A DNA stretch of 64,000 nt, taken from assembly GCA_963662655.2 (NCBI GenBank), contig CAXXTU010000002.1, forward strand, positions 2,880,001 through 2,944,000. The letters are read 5' to 3'. A program made the translations under genes and the position numbers. Numbering within the stretch: the stretch's first letter is position 1; each line of letters begins with the position of its first letter. Below, in pieces: positions 39,101-48,128 of the stretch. The notes under the pieces were generated by a model, which made no database searches, was not told the origin of the DNA, and was given only the letters and a program-made list of their open reading frames with translations. The stretch comes from Candidatus Cloacimonadales bacterium. Its GTDB lineage: Bacteria; Cloacimonadota; Cloacimonadia; Cloacimonadales; JAIOQZ01.

Positions 39101-42100
39101 CAATGAATATCTCGAGAGCCAGAACGAGAAGGGTTACCGCACCTACCGCATACCCATTAAGAATGCGGGCGCTTTTCAGGCTGTTACCGATTCGAGCACC
39201 GATCCCGATATTGAACGCGTCAGCTACATTCGTGTGTGGTTCGAGACCGAAGAAAACGCGATCATCAACCTCGTTACCATGGATATCGTGGGTAACAAAT
39301 GGGAAGAATCGGCGATCAAATACACCGGGTCGGACGATATTGTTCCATCGTCGTTTATCGAGAGCCACAACGTTTCCATGCAAACCGGCATCATCGATAA
39401 CCAAAAGGATTACAGCTATACTTCCCCTCCGGGGACAACGGAGAAGACCGACGGTGTGGAAGAGTTCGAACAATCCCTTACGATCGACTACGAGAATATT
39501 CACAGCGGAACGTACGCGCTGGTCCACCAGAAATTCCAAACCTCGTACAACCTCCTGAACTACGGCAAGCTCCGGTTCTGGGTATATCCCGAGGTGGAGG
39601 ACTACAGTTCGGTTTCCGATTCGATCGAGATCGTGCTGCAGTTGGGCGGCGACTCTCTGAATTTCTATGAAATAGCGATCAAAATGGAACCGAACGAGAA
39701 GCGAGAGAAGCTTCAGCGGGACTGGTGGACGGATTTCGAGATCGATTTCAACAGCCTGACCAAGCTCAAGCTGATCGATCCAGACACCTACTCCATCATA
39801 TCCGATACCGTTGGGATTTACACGTACAGGAAGTACCAGAATCCCACGTTGACGTCGATCAAATACATGGCGCTGGGTATCCGCGTTCCGGGGGGAAGCG
39901 AGAAATTCTCCGGCCGTGTGTTCTTCGACGATATCCGCGTTGCGGAGCCTTTCAACGACATGGGCTATGCCGCGCGTTCGACCTTCCGTGTCAATTTTGC
40001 GGATTTCTCCGATCTCAGCGTGAATCTGACATGGAAAACGCCAAACTTCTATGAAATCAGAAATCGTACTGGAAGCAGCACGACAACTTCGACAACCGCT
40101 TTCAACGAGTCAATCAACCTGGACATCACCAATAAATACTCGCTGCACAAATTCTTCCCTGCGGAGTGGGGATTGAGCATTCCGCTGAATCTTTCTCAAA
40201 GCCAGTCGGAGACAAGATCGAAGTATATCTACAACTCTGATGTGGAAGTAAGCACGATCACCGACAAAGCTGAGAAGGATCGTCAGATTTCCAGGACGCT
40301 CAATCGGTCGGCGAGCATCTCATACAGCCAGAGCAAGACGCCGGACAACTGGATTCTGGCATATACGCTCAAGAACATTTCGTTCAATGGCGACATTCAC
40401 AAGAATATCAGCAACACGCCTTCATCGCGAGATACCACCCTTTCCTACACGCAGAAATACCAGTACAATCTGGATATTCCGCGGGATAAATTGGGATTCA
40501 AGATTTTCAACGATTACTGGATATACGTTCTGCCGAAATCCTACAAGAACAGCCTGAATTACGCCATCTCGTTCCCGCGGAAATGGCGCTGGCTACGCAG
40601 CTCCGACGGAACGTACGGATGGGAGCGGGAGACGCAGGACCAGACAACGAAGACGATGAAGACGAACAATACGATCGCCTACGACATCACTTCGGATTTG
40701 AACCTGACGTATATTCTCAACACCACGAAGAACATGCGTTGGCGCAAGGAGTGGCAGGGCATCAATCTTGGCCGTACGAAGGATAAGACGCAGAGCTTCG
40801 ATCTTTCGTACAATCCCGATTATATCGACAATATTCTGACTTTCAGCGCCGGATTGGGCATCGACTACGTGGAAACGCAGCGCGAGTACAACAACACGAC
40901 CGACGAGACGCTCCCGGCAGTTTATTACAGGTATCAGGGTGGTGTATCGAGAACCGTCAATATCGATGTGACGCTGAGAAACAGCGATTTATTGAACAGT
41001 CTGGCCGACTGGCTTGGCGCGCCTCCGGATGAGCTGGAAAAGATGCCTTCAGGTTTGGACAATCCCATCGACGATCTGAAAGGTAAAAGTGACCAAGACG
41101 ATAACAAGGACTTGATTGAAGAAGATAGAAACACCTTCAACTGGGATGGTCTCGACGGCTTGGGGCACGGCGACGAGGATCCACCCAAACCTGATCTCGG
41201 TAAGATCGAAACGCAAAACAGAGATCAGGCCCCCGATCACGATGATCGCGGGAAACCCGAACTTCCGAAGCGCGATCCATTGATGGATTCGGAAATCGTC
41301 GTGAACGATTCAACCGTTGTCGATTCTGTTGTCGCGGAACCCAAAGAACCTATGACGACCGGCAAGTTCCTTGCGATTCTGGTTCGTTATCTGGCCCGAT
41401 TCGAGAATTTTACCATTGATTACAGCAATTCCTACGACACGGATTACGAAGAACGGGCAAAGCCGCCGAATTTCAACTATCAGTTGAGTTTACCGCACGT
41501 GCTTTCGGAGAATCCGGAAGATGGCGAGATCGGTTCGAAGACGATAAGTGACGACATAAGAATTTCCACCGGTTTCCAAATTCTGGACAATCTGAATACT
41601 CGATGGAGTTATACGCGCAATATCAGTAATACATATTCCAGCTCTACAACGAAGACGGACAAGTCCACATTCCCGGATGTGACGGTTACGCTCAGCAAGG
41701 TTGAGGATATATTGGGAATTTCGGACTATCTGTCCAACTCCACGATAAGAAGTAATTATTCCTACACGAGAACCGATGATTGGAATTCCGGCAGCCACAT
41801 ACGCGTTTATGAAAAATACACGATGAGTCCTCTTGCCGAGTGGTCTGGAAAATGGAGTTTCGATTTGACCACCAAGGTCGGATACAACATGGACACTTCC
41901 GAGGATGCCAACCTTCGTCAAGAAAGTAAAGTGGTTACGGAAAGCAATAACTCACGTCTGTATGCGACGCTTACCCATACATTGAAGGCAGCGAAAGGTA
42001 TCAAAATACCCTTCGTCAAGGAACGCCTCCGTCTCAAAAACGAATTTACGACAGATATTACATTTGGCTGGGAAAAGAATAAAAGCACACGAAAGAATGG

Positions 42101-42284
42101 TAATGACATATCTCAGACAAATAGTGACGTGGAAAAATACGATGTTACGCTGGGGGGAAGCTACAATTTCCACCGGAACGTCAATGGCGGTTCGACGATC
42201 GATTATTCCTGGCAGCACGATAAAAAGAACAATAACCGGATTCGTACTTTTGGTGTCAGCCTCTGGGTCGAGATCCTCTTCTAA
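36117..42284 (+). CDS. sprA: SprA / Sov-like type IX secretion translocon (large outer-membrane beta-barrel)
   Basis: 2055 aa; GTIGEKIHVNI, IEIKYVGNEDEIVQTIEGGNISLSL, LFGIKS, GSVKVKVNGRTL.ENVDYTVDYDFG.ITF; amphipathic C-terminal strands ending in Phe. Confidence 0.88.
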   Translation: MNKKLLLSFLFLAIALSSFGDVPFRMQYTLKNYYPMTENRLDILKYHRGLSMSVKPSKIIRNFEFTTREIVDVEDSLIVMVAEYHGIEFPQQNILTFDQYIQSQFTASFHNLLREKAKERIEEGEQQVGEGIFGKELSIDLPKMALPKVVKDFMGDKAARLNIDGSEKLTFRIGSTRNDNNRSTESSGSEDLDLDLKQELRLRLRGTIGEKIHVNISHTSVSDEEIGNPNTIEIKYVGNEDEIVQTIEGGNISLSLTGSQYIGYSASSESLFGIKSTMKAGPLDLTFILGKEEGEKNTEKYTGQSQQDSLTIYSKDYKKYSYFYVVDPEVLFSIYDTDPSAPLPDNVPPTWSGNAIVTVAGSWVINHPELLPDDQSLRVFLDDANYSNDTIETLPGVAWQDPEDTETYRFEELYSGSDFEYDYDTGILSIDRAVNKGYAIGVTYTTNNGANQVGNDDESNLQVKMLYRKNQLPSYNTWKFQMRNVYNLNMQNVKSDGFKVNVYTEINSGQDMMFSLPDDLAVGSNYSTYNDYLRLDSNGDGLINSDDNTINLGEGYIIFPFLEPFKSLETEDTDIYSDGTVVSDDTIMRMYVVGKVGRDQITLNQMNIVKGSVKVKVNGRTLDENVDYTVDYDFGTITFLNNEAKDSNNEIEIDYEFRPLFAISSRIMTGLRADCKIGDNARLGGTFIYHSEQVEDKRPKIGSENKIQMMGDIDGEISFEMPLLTRIVDWLPLVKTDAESEVNLSGEVAVNIPQIYGNPDKKGDPEAYLEDMESILSTFPLGISRATWVPASEPLDYNFGKGKINWYNPTDIYMNDVYNDDLLTEEEENEKVSVMQVRVLTPNVHMPGVNQKYWAGIMKYVGNQLDFSDKKYIEIMVKADSTNSPINMHIDLGDVSEDFYTDFGGLGILNTEDGKNGGDSDGTYDYVEDVGLDGYPNGNPLDDPEDDFDNDKVNNIYPNINGTEGNKSLDTEDLDADGSLDTVNRYLEYSISLNSNEYLESQNEKGYRTYRIPIKNAGAFQAVTDSSTDPDIERVSYIRVWFETEENAIINLVTMDIVGNKWEESAIKYTGSDDIVPSSFIESHNVSMQTGIIDNQKDYSYTSPPGTTEKTDGVEEFEQSLTIDYENIHSGTYALVHQKFQTSYNLLNYGKLRFWVYPEVEDYSSVSDSIEIVLQLGGDSLNFYEIAIKMEPNEKREKLQRDWWTDFEIDFNSLTKLKLIDPDTYSIISDTVGIYTYRKYQNPTLTSIKYMALGIRVPGGSEKFSGRVFFDDIRVAEPFNDMGYAARSTFRVNFADFSDLSVNLTWKTPNFYEIRNRTGSSTTTSTTAFNESINLDITNKYSLHKFFPAEWGLSIPLNLSQSQSETRSKYIYNSDVEVSTITDKAEKDRQISRTLNRSASISYSQSKTPDNWILAYTLKNISFNGDIHKNISNTPSSRDTTLSYTQKYQYNLDIPRDKLGFKIFNDYWIYVLPKSYKNSLNYAISFPRKWRWLRSSDGTYGWERETQDQTTKTMKTNNTIAYDITSDLNLTYILNTTKNMRWRKEWQGINLGRTKDKTQSFDLSYNPDYIDNILTFSAGLGIDYVETQREYNNTTDETLPAVYYRYQGGVSRTVNIDVTLRNSDLLNSLADWLGAPPDELEKMPSGLDNPIDDLKGKSDQDDNKDLIEEDRNTFNWDGLDGLGHGDEDPPKPDLGKIETQNRDQAPDHDDRGKPELPKRDPLMDSEIVVNDSTVVDSVVAEPKEPMTTGKFLAILVRYLARFENFTIDYSNSYDTDYEERAKPPNFNYQLSLPHVLSENPEDGEIGSKTISDDIRISTGFQILDNLNTRWSYTRNISNTYSSSTTKTDKSTFPDVTVTLSKVEDILGISDYLSNSTIRSNYSYTRTDDWNSGSHIRVYEKYTMSPLAEWSGKWSFDLTTKVGYNMDTSEDANLRQESKVVTESNNSRLYATLTHTLKAAKGIKIPFVKERLRLKNEFTTDITFGWEKNKSTRKNGNDISQTNSDVEKYDVTLGGSYNFHRNVNGGSTIDYSWQHDKKNNNRIRTFGVSLWVEILF

Positions 42285-42293
42285 GGGAATTTT

Positions 42294-42893
42294 ATGCATA
42301 TTTTCCAATCGGAAATCCTAAACATTATCATTTTACCCATATTGATCTTTCTATCCCGCATTTTCGACGTAACGCTCGGTACGCTTCGCATCATTTTCGT
42401 ATCGAAAGGGATGCGGTATATTGCTCCGATCATCGGTTTCTTCGAGGTACTTATCTGGCTGATCGTGATTAGTCAGATCATGAAGAACATCGATCAGTGG
42501 TGGAACTATCTCGCGTACGCCGGTGGTTTTGCGACGGGGAATTTCGTGGGGATGTGGATCGAGAGTCGGATGGCGATGGGGATATCGCTTGTCCGTGTCA
42601 TCACTCGCACCAATGCGGAAGGTTTGATCCAGACGCTCAGGTTTGCCGGATATCGCGTCACCAATGTGACAGCGATGAACAACGACGGCGAAGTGGAAGT
42701 CATTTTCCTGCCCATTCGTCGCAAGGAAATCTCCGCTGTGATCGATCTCGTTAAAGAATACAATCCGAAAGCGCTTTACACGGTGGAAGAGGTGCAATCG
42801 TTGAGCGAAGGAGCCCTCCCGCACAGGCGATACAGTCATTTGGGCGTTCTCGATTTCAGTCAGCGTTTTTTCCGGCGCAGAAAAGGTAAGTAA
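42294..42893 (+). CDS. DUF5698/DUF2179 (UPF0316) membrane protein
   Basis: IFLSRIFDVTLGTLRII, GFFEVLIW, YAGGFATGNFVG, LR..GY.VT. Confidence 0.9.
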   Translation: MHIFQSEILNIIILPILIFLSRIFDVTLGTLRIIFVSKGMRYIAPIIGFFEVLIWLIVISQIMKNIDQWWNYLAYAGGFATGNFVGMWIESRMAMGISLVRVITRTNAEGLIQTLRFAGYRVTNVTAMNNDGEVEVIFLPIRRKEISAVIDLVKEYNPKALYTVEEVQSLSEGALPHRRYSHLGVLDFSQRFFRRRKGK

Positions 42894-42951
42894 AGCCTAA
42901 GCCGGAAGTCGTTCAACGAGCAGATAGCCCGGAGTTGTCTGCGCTCGAGCC

Positions 42952-43127
42952 CGGCGGGGCGGCGCGTGCGCGAAGCGCACGAAACATCCCCGAGCAGTTT
43001 GAAAACTGCTCGGGGATGTTTTCAGAAGCCCGTCAGGTTTTTCTGCGAAATCGAGTATGCTGTCCAACCTGGATGAATTGCAGCGCTGCGTGTATTGTCC
43101 AGCAGGGCTTCTGGCGCCGCCCCGCCG
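42952..43127. repeat. Four-way-junction palindromic intergenic element, copy 3
   Basis: Outer CGGCGGGGCGGCGC/GCGCCGCCCCGCCG; inner GTGCGC-GAA-GCGCAC, AAACATCCCCGAGCAGTTT..AAACTGCTCGGGGATGTTT and CAGAAGCCC..GGGCTTCTG (long loop). Confidence 0.8.
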
Positions 43128-43324
43128 CGCGGCTGGTGCGAAATGGCAAGTCGGAAAAGCAATCACTCAAGGAGCAGAGAGGGTAAGCGATAACCTCGGT
43201 CGCCTAAATTTTCATTGACCTCATACCCCAACCCTTTGTATTCGTACATGTAAGGCAATTTCCGCTTTGGTGGATTGTGAAATGGATGAAAGAATCAGAA
43301 ATAACAAGGAATTGAGGTTACACA

Positions 43325-45757
43325 ATGACCGGAAAAACAGGTATTGAACGAATAACCGATACGATCTCCCGATTTTACACGGGAAAATACGCTTACATTG
43401 CATTTGCGGTGGCAATTGCCGTGATACTGATGATCCGCTTCTTCCCCGTGGCATTCCAGGGGTATGTTCCACAAGCTCAGGATACTCAGCAATGGCGCTA
43501 TACTTCCAACAGCATGATCGAGTATAATAAAACGCACGACGATAAAGCGCTGTGGAACCCGAATCTGTTCTCAGGCATGCCCGGGTACCTGATTCATCTG
43601 CCGGCAAAATACCCATTTATCGATAACTTGCGAGACCTGTTCAAGCCTGTTATCGACTGGCGGGTTCTTGCCATGATCATGGGCGGCATTGGAGCGTACC
43701 TGTTCCTTGTAATGCTCGGATTCGAACCGATCGTCGCGTTCATGGGCGGAATCGCCTTCGCGCTGTCGTCGCATTTCCCCGGATTGATCGATATCGGCCA
43801 CAACACAAAGTTCCGGGCGATCATGTACATCCCGTGGGTACTTCTTACCGTCGAATACATGCGGAAAAACCGGAGCCTTCTATCACTCGGCCTGGCGATG
43901 CTCATGCTGATCGGCCAGCTTCGAGAGAACCACCCGCAGATCGTTTACTACACCTTGATCATGATCGGAATCTACTGGTTGATGAATCTGATCTGGTCAA
44001 TTAAGGACGGAAAGATGAAATCCTTCCTGCATTTTACGCTTTTGCTTGCGCTGGCTTTGATTATCTCTCTCTCGGCTGTGATGAATCCCTACCTCTCCAC
44101 GCGCGAATACGCCGAATACTCCATACGCGGCAAAGCCGGACTGGAAACGGGCTACGCACAAAGCTGGTCGTTCCACCCCGCGGAGATGATTACCTTCTTC
44201 ATCCCGAAATTCTTCGGCGGAATCTCTCCCTATTACTGGGGATGGATGCCATCCACCGAAACCTCGATGTACATGGGCGTGATCGTCCTGATCCTGGCGA
44301 TCATCGCGATTGCCACCCGGCGTGATCGCATGACCTGGTTCCTCGTCACCGTCTCGATTGTTTCGCTTCTGATTGCGTTCGGCAGACATTTTGGCTTGCT
44401 TTCGGTGTTCCTCTTGAAATTCCTGCCGTACTTCAATAAATTCCGCGTGCCGGTCATGATGCTGGTTCTGCTGGAATTCTCCATCGTCGTTCTTGCGGCA
44501 AAAGGCATCCAAATTATTCTGGAGATGCGGGAACAGGATAATCCTCGATTCCGCAAGAATATCCTCCGTGCGCTGATCGCGATGGCGATCCTGCTGGTCG
44601 TGTTCTTCATGCTGAAGGGTGCGTTCGCGGGGATGAGTCTCTCCAAGCCGATCGAGACGCAGCGCTATCGCCCTGAGCAACTGGAGCAGCTAAAGCAGTT
44701 GCGGCTGGACATGCTGATGTCCAGCGGACTCACCGCATTTATGTTCGCAATTGGCTTCCTGGGAATTACATGGCTGACGCTGAAGAGAAAGATCTTCAAG
44801 TATTCGTTCCTCTGGATCGTCGCAATCCTTGTCGTCGTCGATCTTCTTGTTGCCAACGCGGATTTCCTGCAGAAGAAATCGAAAGAGAACCCGGGAGGAT
44901 TGATCCCCAAGCAAAAAACGGAAGCCCGGCTCGAGAAAACGGCTGTCGACGACTTCCTGCTTCAGGACGATGAAACGTTCCGTATTTATCCTCTGGGCGC
45001 GGATTTCGGTAACAATCGCTGGACTGCCTACCACCAATCCATCGGCGGATACCATCCATCCAAACTGAGCCGCTACCGCGATGTTATCGAGCAGTGCCTC
45101 AACACGGAAATCCGGAGCGGAATTCCAATCAACTGGAACATCGTCAATATGCTGAACACCAAGTACGTACTGTTCAATCAGCGCATTCCGCTCCCCAATC
45201 TTGAATACGCCTACTACGATCAGAACGATAAGATGATCGTTTATAAAAACAAAGAATACCTGCCGCGAGCCTGGTTCGCCGATTCCCTGGAAGTCATCGG
45301 CGATCCGGAACAAATCATGCAGCGCCTGAACGATCCCAACTGGAATCCTGCGCACGTCGCGATTGTCGAAACCGCGATTGCCGGCATGGAAAAACCTGAC
45401 AGCGCGTCGGTTACTCTGACAGCGTTTGATCTTCAAGCGCTCTCGTTCGACGTGTCCACGGATAAACCAGCCTATCTCGTGATCAGCGAAGTCTACTATC
45501 CCGCCGGATGGAAGGCCTTCCTCGATGGCGAGCGAGTGGAAATCCACCCCACCGATTACATTCTTCGCGGTATCGAAATCCCGGCGGGAAAGCATACGCT
45601 CGAAATGAAATTCGATCCCGAAATCTATAACATCAGCAAGACCGTCAGCCTGATCGGGTTGTTGCTGGCCACCGTTATCACGGTCTTGGGAGCGTTTCTG
45701 TTCTATCGCAGGAATTATGGTGGTAAAACCGAGTTTGTACTCAAGGATGAATCATGA
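43325..45757 (+). CDS. YfhO family membrane protein (GT-C fold glycosyltransferase-like)
   Basis: LWNPNLFSGMP, HPQ..YY, SIR, PYFNKFR.P, SIGGYH, MLNTKY, SEVYYPAGW.AFLDG. Confidence 0.88.
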   Translation: MTGKTGIERITDTISRFYTGKYAYIAFAVAIAVILMIRFFPVAFQGYVPQAQDTQQWRYTSNSMIEYNKTHDDKALWNPNLFSGMPGYLIHLPAKYPFIDNLRDLFKPVIDWRVLAMIMGGIGAYLFLVMLGFEPIVAFMGGIAFALSSHFPGLIDIGHNTKFRAIMYIPWVLLTVEYMRKNRSLLSLGLAMLMLIGQLRENHPQIVYYTLIMIGIYWLMNLIWSIKDGKMKSFLHFTLLLALALIISLSAVMNPYLSTREYAEYSIRGKAGLETGYAQSWSFHPAEMITFFIPKFFGGISPYYWGWMPSTETSMYMGVIVLILAIIAIATRRDRMTWFLVTVSIVSLLIAFGRHFGLLSVFLLKFLPYFNKFRVPVMMLVLLEFSIVVLAAKGIQIILEMREQDNPRFRKNILRALIAMAILLVVFFMLKGAFAGMSLSKPIETQRYRPEQLEQLKQLRLDMLMSSGLTAFMFAIGFLGITWLTLKRKIFKYSFLWIVAILVVVDLLVANADFLQKKSKENPGGLIPKQKTEARLEKTAVDDFLLQDDETFRIYPLGADFGNNRWTAYHQSIGGYHPSKLSRYRDVIEQCLNTEIRSGIPINWNIVNMLNTKYVLFNQRIPLPNLEYAYYDQNDKMIVYKNKEYLPRAWFADSLEVIGDPEQIMQRLNDPNWNPAHVAIVETAIAGMEKPDSASVTLTAFDLQALSFDVSTDKPAYLVISEVYYPAGWKAFLDGERVEIHPTDYILRGIEIPAGKHTLEMKFDPEIYNISKTVSLIGLLLATVITVLGAFLFYRRNYGGKTEFVLKDES

Positions 45758-46464
45758 GTGAAGAAAAATTGAAACCGGGTCTATACGTTGTCGCAGTTCC
45801 GATCGGGAATCGTGACGATATCACACTGCGAGCCTTGAAAGTGCTGCAGAATGTGGACGCGGTGATCTGCGAAGAATTCAAGTCGGGAAGCCGCACCCTG
45901 AATCAGTACGACATCAAGAAGCCGCTTGTTCCCCTCAACGAGCACAATGAACGGGAAGCGACCCAGGATTTGATCGGTTGCCTCACCGCGAAAACAGAGG
46001 CGATGGCGTTGATCAGTGACGCCGGAACCCCGCTTTTCGAGGATCCGGGTACCCGCCTCGTGTGGGAGTGTCATCTGAACGATATTCCCGTTTACCCCGT
46101 CCCGGGCGTTTCGTCGCTGATGGCGGCACTCATGGCGTGCGGCGTCAGTTCCAAGCGGTTCAACTACTACGGTTTCCTTCCCGCAAACAAAGAGAATCGC
46201 GTCGAAGAGTTGAAGAAGCTTCGCGCCCGTACCTCCGAGACATTCATCTTCCTGGATACGCCCTACCGCCTCAAGCAGTTATTGCGCGATATGGCCGCCA
46301 TCCTGGGCAAGGACCGCGAGGCGATGGTCGCGTGGAAACTTACCTACCCCGAGGAGAAAGTACTCTGGGGAAATCTCTCGGAGTTGCAGACAATGGCGGA
46401 GGATATGCCGAAGGGTGAATTCGTCATGATCCTCAAGAAGAAGAGACGGAAACGGCAGCAGTAA
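45754..46464 (+). CDS. rsmI: 16S rRNA (cytidine(1402)-2'-O)-methyltransferase
   Basis: LYVVAVPIGN.DDITLRAL, ISDAGTP..EDPG, PVPG.SS, GFLP, KGEFV. Confidence 0.9.
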   Translation: MSEEKLKPGLYVVAVPIGNRDDITLRALKVLQNVDAVICEEFKSGSRTLNQYDIKKPLVPLNEHNEREATQDLIGCLTAKTEAMALISDAGTPLFEDPGTRLVWECHLNDIPVYPVPGVSSLMAALMACGVSSKRFNYYGFLPANKENRVEELKKLRARTSETFIFLDTPYRLKQLLRDMAAILGKDREAMVAWKLTYPEEKVLWGNLSELQTMAEDMPKGEFVMILKKKRRKRQQ

Positions 46465-46477
46465 GGCCGGGGACATT

Positions 46478-47206
46478 TTGAAAAACTATCGCATCCTGCA
46501 TCATGGCGTGTTCGATCGAATCGACGTTGATCTCGTCGAGGGCAAAAGAACTTACTCCCCTGCCATTCAAACCGTTATCGATAGGGAATGGGACGCCGCC
46601 GTCGAGAAGAATCCCTCTCTGTACAACGGCGTGGCATATTCCCTGGAGAGGAGCCACACCGTGGGGAGCACGCTCAAGCTCCTCTTGCAGGAAACCGACT
46701 ACAAATCGTTCATCGGAACCAACGCAACCCACGCTTCCACGCTCGAAAATCATGAGGATCGCGCGGACATCGTGGCTGCGTGCTGTATATGTATAACGTC
46801 CGACCACAAGGTATTTCTCGGAAAGCGAAGCACGATTCAGGCTCAGGGTGAAGGGAAGTGGCATGTTGTCGGCGGAAATCTAGATATCCCCGATCCCTTC
46901 CAACTGATGATTCGTGAAATCGTGGAAGAAACGGGAATCTATCCCGAACACATCCTCGACATGCGATGCATGGCGCTCGGAATTTGTACGATCGGCAAGA
47001 AACCGGAATTGCTTTTCTCCGCTGAGTTGAGCATCGATTCGGAGCAGATGGAAGATTGCCTGGAGCAAGCGCCCGATCGTCAGGAGCACAGCGAAGTGAG
47101 GTTTGTCGCCGTGGAAGACCTTCCGGATTTCATGCGCGAACACTCGATGGTGCCGGTATGCGAAGCCGCGATCGAGGAATTCTTTCGCATCCTGTCCGGG
47201 ATTTGA
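46478..47206 (+). CDS. NUDIX hydrolase
   Basis: Nudix-like box GG......FQLMIREIVEETGI; TTG start. Confidence 0.75.
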   Translation: MKNYRILHHGVFDRIDVDLVEGKRTYSPAIQTVIDREWDAAVEKNPSLYNGVAYSLERSHTVGSTLKLLLQETDYKSFIGTNATHASTLENHEDRADIVAACCICITSDHKVFLGKRSTIQAQGEGKWHVVGGNLDIPDPFQLMIREIVEETGIYPEHILDMRCMALGICTIGKKPELLFSAELSIDSEQMEDCLEQAPDRQEHSEVRFVAVEDLPDFMREHSMVPVCEAAIEEFFRILSGI

Positions 47207-47231
47207 CAGGATGGAATCGGGGGAGCAATCA

Positions 47232-48128
47232 ATGAAACGCTATTTGTTTATCGTGAACCCCATAACGCGCGGCGGGGAAAAGAGCCGCAAGTACATCGAC
47301 AAGGTTCACGAACACTCGAAGCTCGATATCACGCTCTATAGTACCGAGTACGCCGGAGATGCGAAGCGCAAGGCGTCCATTTCCGCAATTGAAGGCTATA
47401 CGCACGTTATATCCGTGGGTGGTGACGGCACACTGAACGAGGTCGTCAATGGTGTGATGGAAATCGCGCCGGGAAAGCGTCCGATTATCGGGACGATCCC
47501 CGCGGGTGGCGGGAACGATTTCGGCAGGATGATCGGCGTTCCGCGGGAACCGGCCATCGCGTTCGACGCGATTCTCAGAGATCGAATCATGCAGGTGGAT
47601 GTGTGCCGCCTCAACGACCGTTACTTCATTAACAATATCGGCGCCGGTTTCGACGCGAAAGCCTCCTGGATGGCGGAAAAGGTGCGCCCTTTACAGGGAA
47701 TGCTGCGCTACCTGGTGGGCGTGTTTCTTTCCTTTCTGCACTACGAAGGATATCCGATGGATGTCGTTGCCGACGGCGAACAATTCAGCGAAAAATACCT
47801 CCTTGCCGCGATCGGTAACAGCAAGACCACCGGCGGAGGAATCCCCATCACGCCCAAGGCCGAGCTGAACGACGGTCTTCTGGATGTGTGCCTTGTAGGG
47901 CATCTTCCGCTTCTCAAAGCGCTGGCCCTGCTTCCGAAGGTTTTCACGGGGAAGCATGTCGAGCATCCCATCGTGCGGGAATTGAAGTGCAAGAGCATTC
48001 GATTGAATGCTCCTTCCGGAATACCGGTGTACGTGGACGGCGAGCTTCCTCTGCCTCCAAGATGGACTGAGCTCGATATCGAAGTGATACCGCAGAAGCT
48101 CGAGTTCATTTGTGGATTGGATCAATGA
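47232..48128 (+). CDS. Diacylglycerol/lipid kinase family protein (YegS/DgkB-like)
   Basis: IVNP, GGDGTLNEVVNG, IPAGGGNDF, GAGFDA, NDGLLDV, VDGE. Confidence 0.92.
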   Translation: MKRYLFIVNPITRGGEKSRKYIDKVHEHSKLDITLYSTEYAGDAKRKASISAIEGYTHVISVGGDGTLNEVVNGVMEIAPGKRPIIGTIPAGGGNDFGRMIGVPREPAIAFDAILRDRIMQVDVCRLNDRYFINNIGAGFDAKASWMAEKVRPLQGMLRYLVGVFLSFLHYEGYPMDVVADGEQFSEKYLLAAIGNSKTTGGGIPITPKAELNDGLLDVCLVGHLPLLKALALLPKVFTGKHVEHPIVRELKCKSIRLNAPSGIPVYVDGELPLPPRWTELDIEVIPQKLEFICGLDQ

